Origin: an uncultured delta proteobacterium
Lineage (GTDB): Bacteria; Desulfobacterota; Binatia; UBA9968
Direction of reading: 5' to 3'
Assembly: GCA_963760795.1 (NCBI GenBank)
Contig: CAVXEP010000029.1
Coordinates: 128,001-192,000, forward strand
DNA length: 64,000 nucleotides
Position numbers and translations under genes: made by a program. This document shows, in pieces, positions 20,244 through 30,327 of this stretch (positions within the stretch are counted from its first letter, which is position 1; each line of letters starts with the position of its first letter). Under the pieces are notes generated by a model. It ran no database searches, was not told the origin of the DNA, and saw only the letters and a list, made by a program, of their open reading frames with translations.

Positions 20244-21545
20244 CTAGAACGCTTCTCGCAGTGTATTGAAAGGCGCGCTGTCCATTGAAGCAGCTGTTTC
20301 TTTGCCATTGGACTTCTGACCCGTCATATGGCCGCGCGCATTGCGGGTGGCGAATTTACGCCAGTAGATCACGTCTTGATCCAGGGGCGACAGGTGTTCC
20401 GGTCCAAAGGTCGCATTGCGTAGCACGCGGTGATCCTGGCCAATAAACATGCGGTCATGGGTGATGCTAAAAATCTTATAATAAAGTTTCCACGCCAACT
20501 TATCGAAGCCTTCAAAATTACCGGTGAGGGCGCACATGTTGTAAAGATGATAGCGGTCGATGGGGATGATGAACTGGGTAAAGTACATGGACTTGTGCAC
20601 CGTGTGGACATAGCAGGGGAGCACATGGAGAAACGAGCCAGCCGCGATGTTGGGGATGAAATTCGTTTTTGGTTTGGTCTTGGGCGAACGGATGCGCCAC
20701 CAATTATTGACCGGAAATTTTCCTAAACCGGGAAAATCCATCTGATAGACCAGTCCGTCGGTGTTCTTGGCGCGCACATGGGAGGCTTCGAGGATCTTGT
20801 GGTCGTGCTCGACGAAGTTAAAATTGGGCTTGCCGTCGACCACCCGGTACTGGAGCCGGCGCAGCGCAAACTGCGGCGAAAGCCGATGCAAATAGGGTGC
20901 GTGCAGGCCGTCGATGAAGTTGTCGAAAAGAAAAGCCCAATTCGTCGTCCAAACTTTGGTGAAATGGATCAAGCTGGTCACGCCCGGCACTTGCATCGCC
21001 ACCGGCAGGTCTTCCTCGACCGCAACCGGCTCCATATCACCGATCCAAACCCAGATCATGTCGAGCCGTTCTTCAACCGGATAGCTTTTGGTCTGGACCT
21101 TCCCGGTCATCATCGAGTTCGGCCCTTCTTGAATGCAGGCGCGCAGTTGCCCTTGGCCGTCAAAGGTCCAACCATGATATGGGCAACTGAGAGTTCCCGA
21201 GCCGGGAAAACGGATATGGCCGTTTGACAGGCTTGCGCCGCGGTGGGGACAGCGGTTGGCGATGCCATGCACTTTGCCGCCGTCGCGCCAAAAAGCGATG
21301 TCTTCGCCGAGCAAGCGGCGCCGAAGGGGTCGGTTTTTTAGCTCCGTCGCCAGCATCACCGGATACCAATAGTTGCGAAATCCTTGCTCGGGCATGTTCC
21401 AGCGGGCTAGATGCGCGCGCGCTTCTTCCGGCAGCTGGGGCTCCGAACCGATACCATGAATTTCCCGCTCGAAAAACTCTTCGTGGCTGCGTTCCTGAGT
21501 GAACAGCGTCGTCAGTTCGTTCTTATAGAGTCGTCGCAGTTTCAT
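20244..21545 (-). CDS. Rieske oxygenase alpha subunit, CarAa/OxoO-like
   Basis: GFRNYWYP, CPHRG...CPYHGW, DNFIDGLHAPYLH and GQD; start at 21545 with AGGAG RBS. Confidence 0.88.
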   Translation of the reverse strand: MKLRRLYKNELTTLFTQERSHEEFFEREIHGIGSEPQLPEEARAHLARWNMPEQGFRNYWYPVMLATELKNRPLRRRLLGEDIAFWRDGGKVHGIANRCPHRGASLSNGHIRFPGSGTLSCPYHGWTFDGQGQLRACIQEGPNSMMTGKVQTKSYPVEERLDMIWVWIGDMEPVAVEEDLPVAMQVPGVTSLIHFTKVWTTNWAFLFDNFIDGLHAPYLHRLSPQFALRRLQYRVVDGKPNFNFVEHDHKILEASHVRAKNTDGLVYQMDFPGLGKFPVNNWWRIRSPKTKPKTNFIPNIAAGSFLHVLPCYVHTVHKSMYFTQFIIPIDRYHLYNMCALTGNFEGFDKLAWKLYYKIFSITHDRMFIGQDHRVLRNATFGPEHLSPLDQDVIYWRKFATRNARGHMTGQKSNGKETAASMDSAPFNTLREAF

Positions 21546-22662
21546 GAGAACGATCTCCTTTGTCCGTGGAAAGCACCACACATTTGTCGGGCGCCAACTG
21601 AAGCTGTACGATATCGCTGGAAGAATAGGCCTTGCCGTTTAGCGCGGCGCGGACGCGCAGCTCGACACCGCTTACGTCGACGGTGTAGTCGCCCATTCCC
21701 TGCCAAGCGCTTTGCTCCTTGATTCGCCCTGCGATGATATTCTCGCCGACGGCAGCCGCTCCGGGCGTTAGCATGATGTTTTCCGGGCGCACTGAGACGA
21801 GCACCTTGGTTCCTCCGGCAAAAGCGCCGGAAAAGCTGCATTGGAGGAGTCCGAGATCGGTTTCGACAGTTTGCACGGCCGGTCCATGGACCGGCCGGCG
21901 CAGCATGCCGTTGATCAAATTGGTCGAGCCCATGAAGTCGGCGACAAACTGGCTGGTGGGCCGTTCGTAAACCTCGCCCGGCTTGCCGATCTGCAGAATG
22001 CGCCCGCTGCTCATGACGGCGACGCGGTCGGACATCTGGATGCTTTCAAGCTGATCATGGGTCACATAAAGCGTCGTGATGCCGAGCTCGCGCTGGAGCC
22101 GCTTCAGTTCCGAGCGCATGCGCTCGCGCAGTTTGGCATCGAGATTACTGAGCGGTTCATCTAGCAGAAGCAGGTCCGGTTCCTTGACCAGTGCGCGCGC
22201 CAATGCAACACGCTGTTGTTGACCGCCGCTTAACTGTGTCGCCGGCCGATCGGCAAGGCCGGCCAAGCCGACTAGCTCCAAGGCCCATCCGACTTTGTCG
22301 GCAATCGTCTTAGCATCGCGCCGGCCGGACGCGCGCAGGGGAAAGGCGACATTGTCGAACACATTCAAGTGCGGCCAGATCGCGTAGGACTGAAACACCA
22401 TGCCGATGTTGCGGTGGTTCGGATCGACATGGATTCTGTTTGCCGAATCGAAGACAGTCTTACCGCGTAAGGTGATCTTGCCCCGTTGTGGCCGCTCCAA
22501 TCCGGCTACGCATCGTAAAGTGGTAGATTTGCCGCAACCGGAGGGACCGAGCAGCGTAAAAAACTCGCCGGACTCGACGGTGAAGCTGACATCGTCGATG
22601 GCATTCACCGAGGCCGCACCGCGCACGGTGAACTGTTTCACGAGGTTCTGGACTTCGAACAT
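21523..22662 (-). CDS. ABC ATP-binding protein (FbpC/PotA-like)
   Basis: [22 protein letters not shown] and YVTHDQ motifs; C-terminal TOBE-like region. Confidence 0.95.
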   Translation of the reverse strand: MFEVQNLVKQFTVRGAASVNAIDDVSFTVESGEFFTLLGPSGCGKSTTLRCVAGLERPQRGKITLRGKTVFDSANRIHVDPNHRNIGMVFQSYAIWPHLNVFDNVAFPLRASGRRDAKTIADKVGWALELVGLAGLADRPATQLSGGQQQRVALARALVKEPDLLLLDEPLSNLDAKLRERMRSELKRLQRELGITTLYVTHDQLESIQMSDRVAVMSSGRILQIGKPGEVYERPTSQFVADFMGSTNLINGMLRRPVHGPAVQTVETDLGLLQCSFSGAFAGGTKVLVSVRPENIMLTPGAAAVGENIIAGRIKEQSAWQGMGDYTVDVSGVELRVRAALNGKAYSSSDIVQLQLAPDKCVVLSTDKGDRSHETATTL

Positions 22663-22691
22663 GAGGCATCAATCATGAAAAATGAACGGAG

Positions 22692-23789
22692 CTAGGGGAT
22701 GAGTTCCCGCAGAATCTTTTGCGCCGGCGCGAGAAACTTGGTCATGGCTTCTTCTTTGTGTGCATAGAGATATTTAATGCCAGGTTTCGGCGCGTCCTCG
22801 GGATTGATCACTGGCACGTCCGTGCGCGCGCTGGGTTCGCCGCGCGCCTCGGAAACAAGTTTTTGACCGTCACGGGAAAGCAGCCAGTTGATAAACACCT
22901 TGGTCGCGTTTGGATTGGGCGGGTTCTTGAAAATGGCGGGGCATGAACCGTTGGTTCCGGCGCGCGCCAGTTCAGGAACGAAGAGATCTGCGATATTCAG
23001 TTTGACGCCGGCATCTTTGAATCTCTGTTGCGAGTCGGGGCTGACGCTGGTGAGCGAGATCGGACGAGTCTTGCGCACCACCTGTTCCGCGACTTCGACG
23101 TTGCCTTTCATGAGCAGCACATCTTGATCGACGAAAAGTTTTTTCAAGCCGTCCCGGCCATAACGTTGAAATACCGCGGCGGCTAGCGATTCGCCAGCGC
23201 CACCGACCCGAGGATCGACCGAGACGAGTTTACCTTTGAGCGCCGGATTGAGTAGGTCGTCAAAGGACTTGATCTTCGGATCGGCAAGCGCATCTCTGTT
23301 ATAGGATCCGGTGGAGATGGTGTAGAACATGCCGAAAATATGTTTCTGCTCGACGTCGAGAAAGCGATCTTTGATGCCGCCGATCCAGGCGGAATCATTG
23401 AGCACCTCCGGCAAGGTCATATAGTCCCACATGGACTCCAGACCGCCCTTATTCTTCAAATCGAAAATCTCCGCGCCGGGGCCGAAGGTGTAAACATCCC
23501 AAAGGAACATTTTTGCGCTCTGCTCCTTGGCCACCCGCAGGGGGAATGCCGGCAAAGCGGCTGCGGTAATTTCGAGTGTGATGCCGGGGTAGCTGTCTTC
23601 GAAGCCTTTTTTAAAAGCCATGGCGAATTCGCGGCGCGGCGGGCAGGCGCATTTGACGACACCCTCGCGCTTGGCTGCCTCCACAGTCGCCTTCCAATCT
23701 GCAGCGGGTTTGGATTGGCCGAAAATGGGCAAGCTATAAAGCGTGAAAAACAAGATCGCGGTTAGTTCGAACGCAAATAGTTTCTTCAT
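22692..23789 (-). CDS. ABC solute-binding protein (AfuA-like)
   Basis: Signal peptide; AAKREG and PNPNATKVFINW motifs; GGAGG RBS. Confidence 0.9.
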   Translation of the reverse strand: MKKLFAFELTAILFFTLYSLPIFGQSKPAADWKATVEAAKREGVVKCACPPRREFAMAFKKGFEDSYPGITLEITAAALPAFPLRVAKEQSAKMFLWDVYTFGPGAEIFDLKNKGGLESMWDYMTLPEVLNDSAWIGGIKDRFLDVEQKHIFGMFYTISTGSYNRDALADPKIKSFDDLLNPALKGKLVSVDPRVGGAGESLAAAVFQRYGRDGLKKLFVDQDVLLMKGNVEVAEQVVRKTRPISLTSVSPDSQQRFKDAGVKLNIADLFVPELARAGTNGSCPAIFKNPPNPNATKVFINWLLSRDGQKLVSEARGEPSARTDVPVINPEDAPKPGIKYLYAHKEEAMTKFLAPAQKILRELIP

Positions 23790-23899
23790 CTCTGCCTCCT
23801 AACCTCGTAGTGGCCCGCTAGGGCTGAGCGTTCTTGACCCTAATCGCATAGTGTCCGCTATCCGAGTCCCGGTCTCGCGATACGAAACGCGGTACCGAC

Positions 23900-23929
23900 A
23901 TCCTATTTTGACTATCTCTTCTTTGTCAA
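23900..23929 (-). promoter_or_regulatory. sigma70-type promoter of the leftward catabolic operon
   Basis: TTGACA-N18-TAGGAT on the minus strand, followed by palindrome 23872-23888. Confidence 0.6.
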
Positions 23930-24131
23930 GGATTGCGCTTCATCGCACCCCTGACGCGACGGTTGCGGCGAATTTTCATTTACACGGGATCCCTGTACTG
24001 AGGTTTTGCTTGACACCATAAAATTTCTTCTAGTATGGGAAGTAGCGAGACTCGATCCTGTGATTCGCGACCGGCCGATACGCTGGACTCATGATCCGGC
24101 CTGGGGGCGCGCGCATCCATCGATTGTGAAG

Positions 24132-25844
24132 ATGCGACAAAAAATTTCACCTGCAGGGCCGGCTCGATCCGGTGGCGAGCTGGCGCTCGGGGTCTGCGCA
24201 CTCGCATTTGTTGCGCTCTTTGCCGCCACCCCCGTAGCTTTTGTCATCGTCAATAGCTTCAATATGGCTTCGCCGGGCCATCCTTTTCTTCCGGCACTCG
24301 ACGGATGGCGCCAAGCGTTTGCCGACGAAAAGACGCTCGGCGCCATCGGTTACAGTTTTCTACTTTCGATTCGGGTAGTGATCGGAATTGCGATCGCTTT
24401 TGCGCTGGCGTGGCTGCTGGTGCGAGTACGCATCCCCGGCCGCTCGACAATTGAATTCTTTCTTTGGCTCGCCTTCTTTCTGCCCACGCTGCCGCTCACG
24501 CTGGGTTGGATACTGCTATTGGATCCAAATTACGGGCTGATCAATCAAGCCTTGCGTTGGCTGCCTTTCGTTCACCAGTCGCCTTTCAGTATTTACTCGG
24601 CGGCCGGGATTATCTGGGTTCATTTGACGCTGACGACGGTGCCGGTGATGACGATTTTACTGATGCCGGCGCTCCGTCAATTCGATGCCGCGATCGAGGA
24701 GTCGTCGCTGGTCTGTGGCGCCGGGCCGTTGGCCACGTTACGGCGCATCACTTACCCCTTGCTCTCGCCGACGATTCTCACCGTTGTCATCGCCGGCTTG
24801 ATACGCAGCCTCGAGGCCTTCGAAATCGAGCAGCTGCTTGGCACGCCGGCGGGAATCAGCGTCTACTCGACGAGGATTTATGAACTGGTGTCCTGGGAGC
24901 CGCCACGTTTCCCGGGGGCCATGGCGCTCAGTACGTTTTTTCTCGGTGTGTTGCTGCTCTTGGCGCTATTCTATCAGCGCTATACGGAGAAAAGAGAATT
25001 CGTAACTATGACCGGCCGCGGTCTTTCGTTGCGTCCGTTGATGGTCGGAAGTTGGCGCTATGCGGTGTCTAGTCTCTGCTGCGCTGGCCTGGTCATTGGC
25101 ATCCTACTGCCCATGGCGATGCTCGTCATCGGCTCGTTCATGCGCCTTTACGGTTTTTTCGGGGTGAAATCGCCGTTGACCATGCACCACTGGTTGACGG
25201 CGTTTAGGGATCCGCTATTTCTCGGTTCGCTTAAGAATACCTTGATAATCGGTTTCGGCGTAGCCAGTGCCGGTGTGGCGATTTACGCGCTGCTAGCCTA
25301 CTCGATCGTCCGGTTGCGCGTGCCATTCAGCGCGACAATTGGATTGCTCGCCTGGTTGCCTTGGGCCGTTCCCGGTATTCTTCTCGGTGTCGCGCTTTTG
25401 TGGTTGCTGTTGTCGATTCCGGGTGCGTCGTTGTTTTACGGCACCATGCTGCCGCTGATTATGGTGTTGGTGATCAAAGAGATGCCGATCGGGACCCACA
25501 TGATGAAGGCTGCCTTCGGGCAGGTGTCACAGGACTTGGAAGATGCGTCGCTGGTCTGCGGTGCCAGCCGTTTCACGACGATTCGGCGAATCGCGCTACC
25601 CATGATCGTGCCGACGCTGGTGAGCATCTTTGCCATCGTCTTCGTTTCCGCCATACGGGATATCAGCACGATCATTCTATTGATCACGGCGCGCAACCGC
25701 TCGTTAGCCGTGTTAATGATGGAATATTCCCGCGGCGGCCAGCTAGAAGTCGCCTCGATCATCGGCGTCATCATCGCCGTGGTGGCGATCGCCGCGGCGA
25801 TCGTCGCGCGCCGGCTAGGATTGACAGCGGGCGTGGCTGCGTAG
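24132..25844 (+). CDS. ABC permease (FbpB-like)
   Basis: Two EAA-like loops (IEESSLVCGA, LEDASLVCGA); start estimated at ATG 24132. Confidence 0.9.
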   Translation: MRQKISPAGPARSGGELALGVCALAFVALFAATPVAFVIVNSFNMASPGHPFLPALDGWRQAFADEKTLGAIGYSFLLSIRVVIGIAIAFALAWLLVRVRIPGRSTIEFFLWLAFFLPTLPLTLGWILLLDPNYGLINQALRWLPFVHQSPFSIYSAAGIIWVHLTLTTVPVMTILLMPALRQFDAAIEESSLVCGAGPLATLRRITYPLLSPTILTVVIAGLIRSLEAFEIEQLLGTPAGISVYSTRIYELVSWEPPRFPGAMALSTFFLGVLLLLALFYQRYTEKREFVTMTGRGLSLRPLMVGSWRYAVSSLCCAGLVIGILLPMAMLVIGSFMRLYGFFGVKSPLTMHHWLTAFRDPLFLGSLKNTLIIGFGVASAGVAIYALLAYSIVRLRVPFSATIGLLAWLPWAVPGILLGVALLWLLLSIPGASLFYGTMLPLIMVLVIKEMPIGTHMMKAAFGQVSQDLEDASLVCGASRFTTIRRIALPMIVPTLVSIFAIVFVSAIRDISTIILLITARNRSLAVLMMEYSRGGQLEVASIIGVIIAVVAIAAAIVARRLGLTAGVAA

Positions 25845-25941
25845 GAAAGTTAGTTGAGCGCGGCTTCAACCGGTATTAGGGGAATGTTTCCGGTCAATCT
25901 CAGTGGGCGGACATTCCGATATTCGAATCGCGGGAGGAACG

Positions 25942-26775
25942 ATGTCTGTAGCGCATGAACCCGAGGGCAAGTACATCGACGCGAAGGATCTCAGGCTCCA
26001 CTATCACGAGTTCGGTGGTGGATTCCCGGTTATTTGTATTCACGGCGCCGGACCAGGTGCGTCAGGGTGGAGCAACTTCAAAGGCAACATCGATGCCTTC
26101 GCGCCACACTATCGGGTAATTCTTTTCGACATGCCTCAGTTCGGCAGGTCGTCAAAGCCGATCATCAAAGATCAGCGTCTGGCTTATACAGCCGATATCC
26201 TCGACGCGTTTATGGCTAAGTTAGGCATCGAAAAAGCACACTTTATCGGCAATTCCATGGGTGGCCAGGCGGCACTTAAGCTCGCTGTCGATCATCCCGC
26301 GCGGGTCGATAAGTTAGTCGTTATCGGTAGCGGCGTGATCAAAGCCGGCAGCATATTCCAACCGATGCCTTTGGAGGGCATCCGCAACATCGCCAATTAT
26401 TATAAGGACAGCGGTCCGAGCGTGGCAAAAATGCGCCAGTTGTTGGAAAGCCTGGTGTCGAACAAATCGCTGGTGACCGATGAGCTGGTGCAGGAACGCT
26501 TCGAAGCGAGCATCGATCCCGAGCTGATCGCGCTGGCGAAACATGGCGCGCCGGGCACCGAGGATCTTTATTTCGATTTGCTCAAGGTGAAAGCCAAAAC
26601 GCTGATCGTCTGGGGTCAGGACGATCGCGCCGGCGCGCTCGATGTCGGCCTCTTTATGCTGCGCCGTCTCGCCGATGCGCGCCTGCATATATTTCCACGC
26701 TGCGGCCACTGGGCGCACGTGGAGCATCGCGACGAGTTCAATCATGAAGTGCTGAATTTTTTTCGCAACGCGTGA
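25942..26775 (+). CDS. meta-cleavage product C-C hydrolase (BphD/MhpC/CarC-like)
   Basis: HGAGPGASGWSNF, GNSMGG, WGQDDR and CGHWAH motifs; GGAGG RBS before ATG 25942. Confidence 0.92.
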   Translation: MSVAHEPEGKYIDAKDLRLHYHEFGGGFPVICIHGAGPGASGWSNFKGNIDAFAPHYRVILFDMPQFGRSSKPIIKDQRLAYTADILDAFMAKLGIEKAHFIGNSMGGQAALKLAVDHPARVDKLVVIGSGVIKAGSIFQPMPLEGIRNIANYYKDSGPSVAKMRQLLESLVSNKSLVTDELVQERFEASIDPELIALAKHGAPGTEDLYFDLLKVKAKTLIVWGQDDRAGALDVGLFMLRRLADARLHIFPRCGHWAHVEHRDEFNHEVLNFFRNA

Positions 26776-26787
26776 AGCGCCGCAACC

Positions 26788-28161
26788 ATGGCCATCGATG
26801 ATTCTGTTGAAGTAGCTGCCGCACCACTGGCGCTCGGCAAAGAGCGGCAGCAGTGGCTCATACGCGCGTGGGACGCCATCGACGAGAATAAGCTCGGCGA
26901 GCTCAACCGCATGATGGCGAGCATTCCGAGCCCGACGGGCGAAGAGCGGCAGCTAGCGCAGATGTTAGTCGGCGTGATGAATGGCAGTGGAATCGACGGT
27001 TTCTACCAACCGATGGATGACGATCAAGGCAACGCCGTCGGTCGCTTGCCGGGAACTGGAACCGGTGCGGATCTCTTGCTCTACGCGCCCTTGGATACGG
27101 CATTTTCCAACAACGAGGAAGAGGAATGTCCGTGGATCGGCGAACGCTTGCCGGTCGAGATGACCGCAATGGCGCTGCTGCGCGATGGCGATGTCGTCGG
27201 CAATGGCGCGGAAAATCCTAAGGGCTATGCAGCCTGCGTAATTGCCGCGGCACAAGCAATAAGAGCGGTCGGTGTACCGCTCAAAGGTTCGCTCATGGTC
27301 GGCTTGGGCTCAGGGGGGATGCCGACCAACCGGCGGCCCAATTTTAAAAATTTCAATGCCGGTCAAGGCGCCGGCTGCGCCTTTATGTTGGCACAGGGGA
27401 TACGCGGCGATTTTGCGATCATCGCTAAACCGGGATGGTCGGTGGCTTGGGAGGAGGTCGGGTTGTGTTGGTTCAAAGTCATTGTCCGCGGCGATTTGAA
27501 TTACACCGGCGTACGCCATGTCGTCAAAGGCCGAAATCCCATTGTTCACGCCGCCAGGGTGATCGGTTTGCTCGAGGAGTGGTTTACCGAGTACACGGAG
27601 AAGAATACTTCTGGACTGGTGGCGCCGCAGGGTTCGATTAATGCCATCCAAGCGGGTTGGACCCACAAGCCGGCGTTTGTCCCGGCGGCTTGTCATTTTT
27701 ATGTCGATCTGAGGATCAGCCCGCGCGTCAGTCCGCAGGAAGCGAAGCGGCAATTCGGCGAAGCCATTGAACACATCGTCAAGGCAAGTCCTGACTTGTC
27801 CGTCGACTGGGAGATGATTCTCAGCATCCCAGGGAGCTATACCGATCCCCAGAACTGGATCGTTCAATCCTGCACGCGGGCGTGGGAGTTTGTCGAAAAC
27901 AAAAAGCATCTGCCGCGCACCAAAACTAGCGGCGCCACCGATGCCAATATCTTGCGCGCCGCGGGAATTCCCACCGCGCGTCTCGGCATGCCGCGCGTGA
28001 CCAATGCCAAACAAAGTGAGCGCAGCCGATTTTCCATGGAGACCTGCAACGTCGGTGCGATGAAAGAACTTACTAAAGCTTTAATCTATGCCGCCATCGA
28101 TACCTGCACTCGCGAGAGAGGCGAAATCATCCGATCTTCGATGGACAAGGCCACGCTATGA
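26788..28161 (+). CDS. M20/ArgE-fold 'deacylase'-like protein lacking canonical metal ligands
   Basis: IPSPTGEE, GNAVGRL, YVDLR and GATDANILR support the fold; ligand positions are substituted. Confidence 0.8.
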   Translation: MAIDDSVEVAAAPLALGKERQQWLIRAWDAIDENKLGELNRMMASIPSPTGEERQLAQMLVGVMNGSGIDGFYQPMDDDQGNAVGRLPGTGTGADLLLYAPLDTAFSNNEEEECPWIGERLPVEMTAMALLRDGDVVGNGAENPKGYAACVIAAAQAIRAVGVPLKGSLMVGLGSGGMPTNRRPNFKNFNAGQGAGCAFMLAQGIRGDFAIIAKPGWSVAWEEVGLCWFKVIVRGDLNYTGVRHVVKGRNPIVHAARVIGLLEEWFTEYTEKNTSGLVAPQGSINAIQAGWTHKPAFVPAACHFYVDLRISPRVSPQEAKRQFGEAIEHIVKASPDLSVDWEMILSIPGSYTDPQNWIVQSCTRAWEFVENKKHLPRTKTSGATDANILRAAGIPTARLGMPRVTNAKQSERSRFSMETCNVGAMKELTKALIYAAIDTCTRERGEIIRSSMDKATL

Positions 28162-29273
28162 TTGAACCGCAGCGGCAGCGCAAAATAGGCAGCAGTCCAT
28201 GGCCACGCTACGAAGAGGCGGCGCTGGGGTTTCGCGACTATTGGTACCCCGCGCTCCTGTCGCATCATTTGCGTCGCCGGCCGGTGGCGCTGCAAATTCT
28301 TGGCGAGCCTGTGCTGTTCACGCGCTACCAGGGAAAATGTTTTGCCCTAGAGGACCGCTGCGCCCACCGCGGCATCCCGCTTTCCCAGGGCCGCTGCGAA
28401 TTCCCCGGCACCAACACGATTACTTGCCGCTATCATGGCTGGACGTATAACGCCGCCGATGGCGTATGTGTGGCAGCACTGACCGATGGGCCGGATTCAC
28501 CCATCGTCGGCAAAGCGAAGGTAAAGACTTATCCATTGGCGGAGCGCAAAGGTTTGATCTGGATTTATATCGGTGACGGTGCGCCGCCACCGTTGGAGAA
28601 TGATGTTGCCCCTGAGATCTTGCGCGACGACGCGGTGTTGGGCGTGCGCGTGACCGAGCGAACCGGTAACTGGCGATTGGCGGCGGAAAACGGCTTGGAT
28701 CCATCCCACGCCGCCTACCTGCATCGAAATTCCTGGCTTACCTTGTTGCGAAAATTTCCCGCCGCAAAAACCAACGTCGCGGCGCAGATTGTCGATCAGT
28801 GGGTCGGATACACCCAGAATGCGCCGCTCATGGAAGCGAGCTATCCGGGCTTAGGGGTTTGGCCCAATGGCGAGTGGTGGAAATGGCCGCGTAAAGGTTC
28901 GCCGACAAAGACTCAGTTGCGGTTGCCCGGCTACTTGCGCGTGAACCCCTTTCCAGCGCCTGACATTGTTCATTTTGAGTGGTATGTCCCTGTAGACGAG
29001 AGGCACCACCGTTATTTTCAATTTTCCGTCATGTGGGCATCGGGTTTTCAGGCATGGCGGTTTCGTCTGGCCTACTGGCTATGGTGGCGTTGGCTAGCCC
29101 ATGGCCAATTCAACGGCCAGGACGCTCGAATGGTCAAATTGATGGAGCCGTTCTATGCCGAAGAAGGTGGCTGGGAGCGCGAAAGGTTGTATCGCCCCGA
29201 TGTCGGGCTCACCGCGTGGCGCAAACATTGTCACGAGCAAGCTCGCGCTGTGCAGAGTCGCTGCTATAGATGA
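28158..29273 (+). CDS. Rieske oxygenase alpha subunit, carbazole 1,9a-dioxygenase CarAa / 2-oxoquinoline 8-monooxygenase OxoO family
   Basis: AALGFRDYWYP, NWRLAAENGLDPSH, LPGYLRVNPFP..FEWYVPVDE and FYAEEGGW match the CarAa pattern. Confidence 0.9.
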   Translation: MIEPQRQRKIGSSPWPRYEEAALGFRDYWYPALLSHHLRRRPVALQILGEPVLFTRYQGKCFALEDRCAHRGIPLSQGRCEFPGTNTITCRYHGWTYNAADGVCVAALTDGPDSPIVGKAKVKTYPLAERKGLIWIYIGDGAPPPLENDVAPEILRDDAVLGVRVTERTGNWRLAAENGLDPSHAAYLHRNSWLTLLRKFPAAKTNVAAQIVDQWVGYTQNAPLMEASYPGLGVWPNGEWWKWPRKGSPTKTQLRLPGYLRVNPFPAPDIVHFEWYVPVDERHHRYFQFSVMWASGFQAWRFRLAYWLWWRWLAHGQFNGQDARMVKLMEPFYAEEGGWERERLYRPDVGLTAWRKHCHEQARAVQSRCYR

Positions 29274-29367
29274 GCGCTGCGCCAAATCGTCGTAGTTCTG
29301 ATATGGATTTGAATCTCATGATTTTCGTTGGCCAGGATCAAAACCCCGGCAGACAAGGCGAATTGCG

Positions 29368-30294
29368 ATGTTGGGACTAGGATTAGCGGTATCCCATGCT
29401 CCGTCAATGTTTCGCAGCCTGGAGCATTGGCCGAAGATTCATCGTGTGCTGACGGCGGGCGTGCCACAGCCGCCAGAGTTGGCTGACGAAACCACGGCGC
29501 TGCTGCAAAGCTATCTCGTTCGAATCGACAACGGCTTCGAGGTTCTCAGAATGCAGCTCGCGGCATTCAAGCCGGACGTTTTGTTGGTCATCGGCGATGA
29601 CCAGGGCGAAGTTTTTACCGCAGCGAACATGCCGTCGTTTTGTCTGTTCACCTGCGCCGAGGTCCATGGCTCCCTCAACATCGGTCTGATCGGTGAGCCT
29701 GAAGAAGAGAATCATGTCACGCTACGCTGCGCTAGTGATTTGGCAAACCATTTACTAACGGAACTGAACCGGCAGGGATTCGGGGTTTCGGAAAGCCGGG
29801 AACTCAAACCGCTGGGCCGGCCCAAGCGCGGTCTTGGTCATGCTTTTACGCGGCCGACGGTTAAGGTTATCCCCGAGCTAAACGTTCCCATTGTTGCTTG
29901 TCATGTGAACTGCTATTTCCCACCGATGCCGTCGGCGCGCCAGTGTTACGAACTCGGCCAGGCGATCGCTGGCGCACTCAAAGATCGGCCGGAACGAGTG
30001 GCGATCATGGCTTCCGGTGGACTCTCCCATGATCCGCGTGGGCCGCGCGCCGGTTGGATCGACGCGCCGTTGGATCGTTGGGTGCTCGAACAATTGCGCG
30101 CCGGCAACGGTGCAGCGTTATGTCACCTGTTTGAATTCGATTCGGACACGCTCCGAAGCGGTACCGGTGAAATCAGGAGTTGGATCGTCGTCGCCGGCGC
30201 ATGCAATGGCGCCAGCGCCGAGATTGTCGATTATATTCCAGCGCATCATGCCGTGACCGGCTTGGGATTCGCATATTTTGATCTGTCGAGGTAG
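29368..30294 (+). CDS. class III (LigB-type) extradiol dioxygenase
   Basis: SHAP, IGDDQGE, GHAF, ASGGLSH and GTGEIRSW motifs. Confidence 0.87.
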   Translation: MLGLGLAVSHAPSMFRSLEHWPKIHRVLTAGVPQPPELADETTALLQSYLVRIDNGFEVLRMQLAAFKPDVLLVIGDDQGEVFTAANMPSFCLFTCAEVHGSLNIGLIGEPEEENHVTLRCASDLANHLLTELNRQGFGVSESRELKPLGRPKRGLGHAFTRPTVKVIPELNVPIVACHVNCYFPPMPSARQCYELGQAIAGALKDRPERVAIMASGGLSHDPRGPRAGWIDAPLDRWVLEQLRAGNGAALCHLFEFDSDTLRSGTGEIRSWIVVAGACNGASAEIVDYIPAHHAVTGLGFAYFDLSR

Positions 30295-30327
30295 GAAGAC
30301 GGTGTATCCAACTGAAAGGAACCGCTC

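Noticed and set aside
24010-24036. sigma70 promoter for the rightward catabolic operon
   Set aside because: Perfect TTGACA, but the best -10 (TAGTAT) is only 15 bp away; not called.
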